Below, one piece after another: positions 53,685-61,434 of a stretch of 63,235 nt of DNA. Made by a program: the position numbers and the translations under genes. The stretch lies in the NCBI GenBank assembly GCA_016217835.1, contig JACRFQ010000043.1, positions 1 through 63,235 of the forward strand, written 5' to 3'. Every line of letters begins with the position of its first letter. Within the stretch, counting starts at the first letter, position 1. The DNA is from Candidatus Levyibacteriota bacterium (GTDB lineage Bacteria > Patescibacteriota > Microgenomatia > Levybacterales > UBA12049). Under the pieces are notes generated by a model, which worked only from the letters and a program-made list of their open reading frames with translations, had not been told where the DNA came from and did not search any database.

Positions 53685-56251
53685 TAATCTGTACGGTTTT
53701 AAACGAAGAGAACACGATAGAACAATTTATTGATTCTATTGCCAAACAATCAATCTTGCCTAACGAAGTTATAATCGTTGACGGGGGGAGCAGCGACGGA
53801 ACTGTCGCTAATATCAAATATCAAATATTAAATATTAAAAAGAATAAAAAGTCGAAGAAGGTTAAATTCAAAGTTTTTACAAAAAAAGGAAATAGGTCGG
53901 TTGGAAGAAACGAGGGCATAAAGCATGCTTCTTCAGAGTTAATTCTATTAACTGATTCAGGCTGTATCTTGGATAAAAATTGGGTAAAAGAGATTACTAA
54001 ACTCTTTGCAGATAAAAAAACAGACGTTGTTGCCGGATATTATAAAGGAGAGGGTAAAACTATTTTCCAGAGAAGTTTAATTCCATATGCGCTTGTAATG
54101 CCGGATAAGGTAAATAAGAAAGAATTTCTTCCTGCTACAAGGTCAATGGCAATTAAAAAGTCTATCTGGAAAAAAGCAGGAGGATTTGACGAAAAGCTAT
54201 CTCACAACGAAGATTACGCATTTGCAAATAAGTTAAAAAGTTCCGGAGCGAAAATAATATTTACAAAAAACGCAATAGTTAATTGGACTCCAAGAAAAAA
54301 TATACTTGAGTCCTTTAAAATGTTTTTTAGATTTTCTTTGGGGGATATTCAGGCAAATCTTTTTAGAGATAAAGTTATCTACATTTTTTTAAGATACATT
54401 TTTGCATTTTATTTGTTAGTATTGGCGGTTATATTAAAGTCATTATTTCTTAATTTATTTATTGCTTCTTTATTTTTTGGCTACGTACTCTGGTCTATAA
54501 GAAAAAATTATAAGTATGTTAAAAATCCCAAAGCGTGTTTTTATCTGCCGCTTCTTCAATTTACTTCTGATATTGCTGTTATTTTGGGAACAAGCATTGG
54601 GTTTATACAAAAAATTTCAATAAAGTCTGTCTTTGAACTAATTTCAAGAAATAAATCTATAGCATTAATAATAGTTGTATATTCTTTAGTAATAATTTCA
54701 ATACTTGAATGGGGAATTCCTAATTTAGATCATCCATTTAATTATCATATGGATGAATGGCATTTTTCTCAAGCTTTACGCACGTTTATAAAATACGGAA
54801 CTGGCTCATATAGCGGTGCCGCAAGTATTCCGCTTTACCACATAATCTCATCTATTGTTTTTGTAACACCCTTTTATATTTTACAAATTGTTAACCCTCT
54901 TGCAATAAAAAATACTTTAGATAATTTGTCAATGCAGCATACTCTTTTTATAATCCTAAGACTGCATACTCTATTTTACGGAATACTATCAATAGTACTT
55001 GTTTATAATATTTTTAAGAAATTTATAAGGATTTTTCCAAAGATATTTTCTTTGTTTTTTATTTTTTCCCCGATTTATTTATCACTTACAAATTACTACA
55101 AATATGATATAACGCTTACTTTTTGGATAATTGTTAGTTTATATTTACTTACTAAATATTTTAATAACGCCAGATTTTTATATTTTGCTTTGGCTGGAAT
55201 ATCTCTTGGACTTTCCTTATCTACCAAATTTACTGCGGCGCCATTTGTAATTTTGTATATCCTCTCATACTTCCTGTTTTCAAAAAAAATAATACTTAAA
55301 GAAATATTTATAAGTCTTTTTATTATATTTCTTGTATTTATATTTGTAGGTGTTCCGGATATGATTTTTGGAAAAGGAAGTTATTACGAGCTTTTATACT
55401 CAACTTTAATTGCCGGCCCTCAAACGAGCTTGAGTTTTAACTTAGCATATCCTTCGTGGTTTTTTCTTTTGTTTAAGGAGTTTCCGTCAATTTTTGGTTA
55501 TTTCTTAACGACAATTTTTTATATGTCAGTTATATTTTGGACACTGATTCTTGCAAAAAATATCCTAATTAAAAAACTTTCAGAATATAAATTTGAATTA
55601 TTTATCTACGTATCTTCAATGCTGTTTTTATTTCCTTTGTTAATATTTAACGTTGATGGCGGAGGAAACAGGGCATTAGTTCTTTTGCCGTTTATGATTT
55701 TGCTTTCAGGTTTGTTTATTAAATATATATACAATAGTAAACTGCCTGCAGTTAAGAATATTCTAATAATAGTAATGTTTTTAGGATTGTCTTTACAAAT
55801 TGTTCAGTCTTTATCATGGATATCTGTTAAATTTTATGAAGACCCGAGACAGTCCTCATCACATTGGATATTAAATAATGTACCCAAAAATAGCACGATC
55901 GGAATAGAGAATATACCAATTTATCAGATGCTTCCGGATGTTGTCCTGAAAGAATTTTATGAAAAGCAGCAAAATCCGAAGGCAATTACAACCTATAAGT
56001 ACCAGGTTTTGGATACTTCAGGCGCAATGCCTGAATATGTTATAGTAACAAACGATTTCAATGAAGTTAATTATGTCAAAAATTCTCCCAAGAAAGATTT
56101 GGTAAGAAGATTGAAGACTGAAAAATATAAAGTTATTAAAACTTTTTCTCCAAATTTAAAATATTATAATTTGTTTTCAGACAAAATATATTTTGTAGTT
56201 GCAAATATATTGCCTATTCCTGTTACAATTTCAATTTATGAAAAACAATAA
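53663..56251 (+). CDS. fusion protein: N-terminal GT2 glycosyltransferase + C-terminal GT-C (ArnT/PMT_2-like) polytopic membrane domain
   Basis: The GT2 part reads SLICTVLNEENTIEQFIDSIAKQS..VIIVDGGSSDGT..TDSGC. More than 12 TM helices follow, with a DHPFNYHMDEWHF external loop. Confidence 0.75.
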   Translation: MAAFESSLICTVLNEENTIEQFIDSIAKQSILPNEVIIVDGGSSDGTVANIKYQILNIKKNKKSKKVKFKVFTKKGNRSVGRNEGIKHASSELILLTDSGCILDKNWVKEITKLFADKKTDVVAGYYKGEGKTIFQRSLIPYALVMPDKVNKKEFLPATRSMAIKKSIWKKAGGFDEKLSHNEDYAFANKLKSSGAKIIFTKNAIVNWTPRKNILESFKMFFRFSLGDIQANLFRDKVIYIFLRYIFAFYLLVLAVILKSLFLNLFIASLFFGYVLWSIRKNYKYVKNPKACFYLPLLQFTSDIAVILGTSIGFIQKISIKSVFELISRNKSIALIIVVYSLVIISILEWGIPNLDHPFNYHMDEWHFSQALRTFIKYGTGSYSGAASIPLYHIISSIVFVTPFYILQIVNPLAIKNTLDNLSMQHTLFIILRLHTLFYGILSIVLVYNIFKKFIRIFPKIFSLFFIFSPIYLSLTNYYKYDITLTFWIIVSLYLLTKYFNNARFLYFALAGISLGLSLSTKFTAAPFVILYILSYFLFSKKIILKEIFISLFIIFLVFIFVGVPDMIFGKGSYYELLYSTLIAGPQTSLSFNLAYPSWFFLLFKEFPSIFGYFLTTIFYMSVIFWTLILAKNILIKKLSEYKFELFIYVSSMLFLFPLLIFNVDGGGNRALVLLPFMILLSGLFIKYIYNSKLPAVKNILIIVMFLGLSLQIVQSLSWISVKFYEDPRQSSSHWILNNVPKNSTIGIENIPIYQMLPDVVLKEFYEKQQNPKAITTYKYQVLDTSGAMPEYVIVTNDFNEVNYVKNSPKKDLVRRLKTEKYKVIKTFSPNLKYYNLFSDKIYFVVANILPIPVTISIYEKQ

Positions 56252-56957
56252 AAATATTTCAATAGTAATCCCTTCATATAATGAAGTAGAAAATCTTTCC
56301 ATTTTAATAAAAAAAATTGACAGATATCTACCTAATTCAAGATTAATCATAGTAGATGATTCATCAATAAGTGAAAACAAAAAATCAAAGGAAATTATTA
56401 AAAATAAAAAAAATATTACTCTTATATCAAGACTTAAAAAAATGGGGCGTGGAAGCGCTGTATTGGAGGGATTTAAAATAGCTTTAAAAAACAAGAATAC
56501 ACAATATATTTTTGAAATGGATTCTGATTTGGCTCATGACCCAAAAGAGTTTAAAAGATTTATTAACGAAATAAATGTGTACCCTTATGACTTAGTTATC
56601 GGTTCCAGATATAAATCCGGCGGAAAAATAGTTAATATTTCGCCAAACAGAACAATAATGAGTCGGCTAATAAATTATTTTCTGTATTTTTGGCTTAATA
56701 TTAAAATAAGCGACTATACGAGCGGATTTAGGTTGTACAGTAGAAATGGAGCAGGATTCATTATTAAGAATAAGATAGAATCTAAAGGATTCATAGCCTT
56801 ATCAGAAATTGCGTACATGCTTTATAAAAACGGGTATAGCATATCTGAAGTACCAATTACATGGAATTTTAGACGATACGGAAAGTCTAATGTAAATTTA
56901 AAAGAATTATTTTCATCTTTGATTTTTGTTATTAGGTTAAGAATTAAATCTAGATAA
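56238..56957 (+). CDS. GT2 polyprenyl-phosphate mannose/hexose synthase (DPM1/Ppm1-like, soluble form)
   Basis: The motifs are ISIVIPSYNEVENL, IIVDDSS, GRGSAVLEG, EMDSDLAHDP and IGSRY. The start is taken at ATG 56238 rather than the track's 56199. Confidence 0.8.
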   Translation: MKNNKNISIVIPSYNEVENLSILIKKIDRYLPNSRLIIVDDSSISENKKSKEIIKNKKNITLISRLKKMGRGSAVLEGFKIALKNKNTQYIFEMDSDLAHDPKEFKRFINEINVYPYDLVIGSRYKSGGKIVNISPNRTIMSRLINYFLYFWLNIKISDYTSGFRLYSRNGAGFIIKNKIESKGFIALSEIAYMLYKNGYSISEVPITWNFRRYGKSNVNLKELFSSLIFVIRLRIKSR

Positions 56958-58191
56958 TTTCAAGTTTAGGTAGTGGGAAGATAAAATGTCCGTGTTTTAG
57001 ATATGCCCTCTCTCTTTTTAAAAATTCTTTTTTGAAAAACCATGGCAATACAAGCATGTAATCAGGTTTTTCTTTTCTGGCTTTTTCCTCCGATATTATC
57101 GGAATATTTACCGATGTAATTATTTTCCCCCATTTTTCCGGGTTTCTTTCAACTGCGTATTTTATTAATTTATTATTTAATCTAAAATATTGAAGCATTG
57201 TATTACCTCTTGTGGATGCTCCGTAAAGATATATTGTTTTTCCATTTTTGTTTTCCTTCTTAATAAAATCTGTTATTTTTAGTTTGTTTTTTTCTATCTT
57301 TTTTGCAAAATCTAAATAAACCCGTTTTTTATCAAGACCTAATTTTTTTTCGTGTTTTATCATTTTTTCAACCGCTTTTGTAATTCTCCTTTTTCCCTTA
57401 AATGCAATATAGGTTTTAAAGCTTCCGCCATTTAAATCCCGTAATTTAACGTCAAATACTTCTAAGCCATGTCTGTTTAATAAATTATTTAATGAAAGTA
57501 ATGAGTAATATTCAAGATGTTCGTGTACTATATTATCAAAAGCATTAAGTTTTAACATTTGGACTAAGTAATTCTGTTGGATTATAAATATGCCGTCTTC
57601 TTTTAAAATTTTTGTAATGTCCTCGACAAATTTATTGGGTTTTTCCATATCGTAGAAGCAGGATATTGCAGTTATTATGTCGGCTTTTAGATTTTTGGAT
57701 TTTTTATTAAGCGTCTCATAACTAAAAAAGTCATTAATTACTAAATCTGAATTCTTTTTTGCTTCGTTTGCCAATTTTTTAATCGGTTCTACAGCAACCT
57801 TGTAAACCTTTTTCGGATAATTTTTAAGAAGAGTTCCATCATTTGCTCCAATATCAACGGCAATAATTTTATGTTTTGTTCTGCCAGAGGCGGATTTCGT
57901 TTCACTCAATTTTCTGATTTTTGTTAACGCTTCTTTTGTAATGCCCTTAAGTTCATCCTGCATTGTTTGATTTATACCCGATCTGTATCCGTATCTTTCC
58001 GTGTATAAATATTTCGCAGGGGTTGTATAATCCAATTGAACAAGACTGCATTTTTTGCAAAGAATAATGTTGAGAGGAAATGATTTTTGCTTTATCTTAT
58101 TTTTTGTAAAATCAGATAAGTGTTGGTTTCCCAAGGATAATATTTTGATTAAGTTTTTTGATCCGCAAGATCTGCAATGTTTAATTTTCAT
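56950..58191 (-). CDS. NDP-sugar C-methyltransferase-type enzyme (zinc-binding N-domain + class I MTase + C-methyltransferase C-domain; TylC3/EvaC-like architecture)
   Basis: The zinc-binding part is CRSCGS..CKKCSLVQL. Motif I is VDIGANDGTL, and the C-terminal Rossmann-like segment is IYLYGASTRGNTMLQY. Confidence 0.7.
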   Translation of the reverse strand: MKIKHCRSCGSKNLIKILSLGNQHLSDFTKNKIKQKSFPLNIILCKKCSLVQLDYTTPAKYLYTERYGYRSGINQTMQDELKGITKEALTKIRKLSETKSASGRTKHKIIAVDIGANDGTLLKNYPKKVYKVAVEPIKKLANEAKKNSDLVINDFFSYETLNKKSKNLKADIITAISCFYDMEKPNKFVEDITKILKEDGIFIIQQNYLVQMLKLNAFDNIVHEHLEYYSLLSLNNLLNRHGLEVFDVKLRDLNGGSFKTYIAFKGKRRITKAVEKMIKHEKKLGLDKKRVYLDFAKKIEKNKLKITDFIKKENKNGKTIYLYGASTRGNTMLQYFRLNNKLIKYAVERNPEKWGKIITSVNIPIISEEKARKEKPDYMLVLPWFFKKEFLKRERAYLKHGHFIFPLPKLEII

Positions 58192-58226
58192 TAGCGAGGC
58201 AGGATATCGTATTATAAGGCTAAAGC

Positions 58227-58235
58227 TGATATAAT
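58227..58235 (+). promoter_or_regulatory. extended -10 promoter TGaTATAAT
   Basis: TG at 58227-28 and TATAAT at 58230-58235, with the ATG at 58249. Confidence 0.45.
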
Positions 58236-58248
58236 TTCAATACCAAAT

Positions 58249-59469
58249 ATGGGATATACAAGGGATGCTTTTAGCGGAACCAGCTGGATCTCTTCTTACA
58301 AAATTTTTTATAGGATAGTATCCTTCTTAAGAATTGCGATTTTGGCGCGCTTACTTTCGCCTTCGCAATTTGGTTTATTTGGTATTGCGACTTTGGTTTT
58401 AAGTTTTCTTGAAACACTGACAGAAACAGGTGTAAATATCGTATTAGTACAAGTTAGAGAAAAAATTGAAGATTTTATAGATTCGGCATGGGTGGTATCA
58501 ATTATTAGAGGGGTTTTATTATTTATCATAGTTTTACTTTCTGCTCCATTTGTTGCAAGCTTTTTTAATACGCCTAAGGCTCAAGAAATTATTATGTTGA
58601 TCTCTTTGGTGCCTCTAATTAGAGGATTTATAAATCCGGCAGAAGTAAAATTTCAAAAAGACCTTAAATTTAAATATGAATTTTTATTTAGGTCATCAAT
58701 TTTCTTAATTGATTCAATGGTAGCAATATTTTTTATCGTTTTTACACATTCGGTTTATGGTTTGGTTTTGGGGTTGCTCGCCGGAGCAGTATTTGAGCTA
58801 ATTACATCATTTGTTTTCATAAAACCTACACCAAGATTTAGATTCAACAAACATTATGTCAGTGATATTTTGCATAAGGGTAAATGGGTTACTTCTTATG
58901 GAATTTTAGGTTATTTTGGAGACCAAGGAGATAATATTGCTGTTGGGAAATTGTTGGGCGCATCCAGCCTTGGTATATATCAAATGATTTATAAAATATC
59001 AATATTACCATTATCCGAAATATCTGATGCAATAAATAGGGTTGTTTTTCCAATTTATGTAAAAATTGCAGATGATAAAAACAGATTGCAGAAAGCTTTT
59101 TTTAAAACCAGTTTTGTAATTAGTGCTTTAACGATTGCGTTAGGAACTATGATTTTTATCTTTCCAAGAGAAATTATACTTATTGTTTTGGGAGACAAAT
59201 GGTTATCCGGCGTAGAAGTTTTAAGAATCTTATCCACATACGGAGTTTTACGCGCAATTAGCGGTTCGATTACACCATTGTTCTTAGCTGTTAAAAAACA
59301 AAATTACGTAACTGTAATGTCTTTTTTTAGATTTATCATTTTGGCAGTTACAATTTTTCCACTGGTAATCAAGTTTGGTATTATCGGGGCCGGATATGCA
59401 GTTTTGTTATCGGTTTTCGGAGAGATACCGGTTGTTGCATATTACACATACAAAATATTTAAGAAATAA
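58249..59469 (+). CDS. Wzx-like oligosaccharide flippase (MOP superfamily polysaccharide biosynthesis protein)
   Basis: It has about 12 TM helices. The N-terminal pattern is RIVSFLRIAILARLLSPSQFGLFGIA, and the glycan-cluster context fits. Confidence 0.75.
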   Translation: MGYTRDAFSGTSWISSYKIFYRIVSFLRIAILARLLSPSQFGLFGIATLVLSFLETLTETGVNIVLVQVREKIEDFIDSAWVVSIIRGVLLFIIVLLSAPFVASFFNTPKAQEIIMLISLVPLIRGFINPAEVKFQKDLKFKYEFLFRSSIFLIDSMVAIFFIVFTHSVYGLVLGLLAGAVFELITSFVFIKPTPRFRFNKHYVSDILHKGKWVTSYGILGYFGDQGDNIAVGKLLGASSLGIYQMIYKISILPLSEISDAINRVVFPIYVKIADDKNRLQKAFFKTSFVISALTIALGTMIFIFPREIILIVLGDKWLSGVEVLRILSTYGVLRAISGSITPLFLAVKKQNYVTVMSFFRFIILAVTIFPLVIKFGIIGAGYAVLLSVFGEIPVVAYYTYKIFKK

Positions 59470-59473
59470 TTAT

Positions 59474-60595
59474 ATGAAAATTGCTATTTTTTATTATATA
59501 CACTTTAGCGGAGCAAAAAGAGTGGTTCAAGAGCATGTTAGAGGATTAGCGTTACTGGGAAATAGTGTAGATATATACACTACGGATAACACAAAAGATA
59601 TTTTCGATCCCGGAATTTACGCAGACAATAAATTTCATTATGATTTTAACCCAAAGAGTATAAATTTACCAATAATTAAAAGAATTAAAAAAGATTTTTA
59701 TGACATCTTCTTTAGTTTAAAATCTTTACATAAAAAAATTGCAAATGATATTGACAAAAGAAATTACGATATTGTGCTTGTTCACACAGACATAAATACC
59801 CAAGCCCCGTTTTTACTTAAGTTTTTAAAGACTAAAAATGTTTATTATTGCCTGGAGCCCCTAAGAAATGCTTATGAATTCTCTTTAAGGCTTAAAGAAG
59901 ACGTTTCTTTTTTGAACAAGTTCTATGAGAATTTAAACAGATGGATTAGAAAGAAGATAGATTTGAAAAATGTACTTAGTGCAAACAGGATATTAACCTT
60001 ATCGCTATTTGCAAGAGAAAGAATTATAGCGGCGTATGACTTATATCCTAAAATATCATATCTGGGAGTAAACGAGAGGGTCTTTAAACCCAAAAATATA
60101 AAAAAACAAAAGCAAGTGTTTTTTGTCGCAGAAAAATATCCAATATATGGATATGATTTGGCTATTGAAGCCTTAAGTCTGATTCCAGAGAAAATAAGAC
60201 CTAAACTAAAAATTGTTTCCTGGAAAAAAAACAATGGTGAAAGATTGACAGACGAAGAGCTTGTAGATTTATATAATCAGTCGTTCGTTACGCTTTCATT
60301 AAGCAGATTTGATACATTTGGACTTGTTCCACTGGAATCCATGGCATGTGGTGTACCTGTAATAGCTTTAAACGTTGCGGGATATAGGGAAACCATGATT
60401 GACGGAAAAACCGGTTTTTTGGTAGATTTCAGTTCAAAAGAAATTGCACAAAAGATAATCTATTTTTTAGAAAATACTGATATTGCGGCAGAAATGGGTA
60501 AAAACGGGAGAAAATGGATAGAGGAAAAATGGACTTGGGAAAAACAGATAAGAAAACTTAATAGTTTTTTAGAAGAATTTAAAGCAGAAAAATAA
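59474..60595 (+). CDS. glycosyltransferase family 4
   Basis: The EX7E-type region is FGLVPLESMACGVPVIALNVAGYRETMIDGKTGFLV. The start is taken at ATG 59474, just after the flippase stop. Confidence 0.8.
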   Translation: MKIAIFYYIHFSGAKRVVQEHVRGLALLGNSVDIYTTDNTKDIFDPGIYADNKFHYDFNPKSINLPIIKRIKKDFYDIFFSLKSLHKKIANDIDKRNYDIVLVHTDINTQAPFLLKFLKTKNVYYCLEPLRNAYEFSLRLKEDVSFLNKFYENLNRWIRKKIDLKNVLSANRILTLSLFARERIIAAYDLYPKISYLGVNERVFKPKNIKKQKQVFFVAEKYPIYGYDLAIEALSLIPEKIRPKLKIVSWKKNNGERLTDEELVDLYNQSFVTLSLSRFDTFGLVPLESMACGVPVIALNVAGYRETMIDGKTGFLVDFSSKEIAQKIIYFLENTDIAAEMGKNGRKWIEEKWTWEKQIRKLNSFLEEFKAEK

Positions 60596-60597
60596 TT

Positions 60598-61431
60598 ATG
60601 AATTTTATTAAAGAAAGTAAAAAATATAAACCTAAAGATATTTATTTTAAGTTATTTATAAATAAGTTTTGGTTTATTCCATCCGATGTTTTGCAAAGAA
60701 GTATAGAAGCTAGTATTTGGGATCTTTGTAAATTTAAACACCCAATTTTAGATATCGGCATAGGTAACGGAGCGATAACGCCAATAATATTTAAAAACAT
60801 AAAAAAAATAGATGTAGGAATTGACATAGAACCAAGCGGACTTGATAATGCAATAAAAACAGGAAAATATAAGAAAGTTTTATGCGAGGATGCCGCAAAA
60901 ATGGGATTAAAAAGTTCTTTATTTAATACGGTTATAAGTAACAGCACGTTTGAGCATATAGAAAAGGATCTGGTAGCAGTATCGGAAGTATCACGAGTTT
61001 TAAAAAAAAACGGATTATTCTTTTTTACTGTCCCTTCTAATTTTTTGCCGAAATGGGTATTAGAGTTAGAAGAGAATAATCCTATACAAAAATTAAATAA
61101 ATTTAACAAAAGAGCAAATCACCTTCATTACAGAAGTATTTCAGAATGGAATAAGGTTTTTAACGACGATGGAATGAAAATTGAATTTTATAAATTTTAC
61201 TATCCTAAAAATGTTGCAATGTTTTGGTATAAAATGTTTAAGTTTTTTACCTATAAATTAAATAATAAAGAAATATGGTCTTATATTGGTTATTCTAAGG
61301 TATCAAAATTAATTCCCAAAAATATATTCAAATATTTTGAAGAGAAAATTCTTTGGAAATCGTTTCGTAAAGGATTCTTATCGGATAGCAATGAGGGAGC
61401 AATGCTTTTTATGGTTGTAAAAAAGCTTTAA
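60598..61431 (+). CDS. class I SAM-dependent methyltransferase
   Basis: The motifs are ILDIGIGNGAITP, VISNSTFEHI and GLFFFTVPS. Confidence 0.75.
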   Translation: MNFIKESKKYKPKDIYFKLFINKFWFIPSDVLQRSIEASIWDLCKFKHPILDIGIGNGAITPIIFKNIKKIDVGIDIEPSGLDNAIKTGKYKKVLCEDAAKMGLKSSLFNTVISNSTFEHIEKDLVAVSEVSRVLKKNGLFFFTVPSNFLPKWVLELEENNPIQKLNKFNKRANHLHYRSISEWNKVFNDDGMKIEFYKFYYPKNVAMFWYKMFKFFTYKLNNKEIWSYIGYSKVSKLIPKNIFKYFEEKILWKSFRKGFLSDSNEGAMLFMVVKKL

Positions 61432-61434
61432 TTT

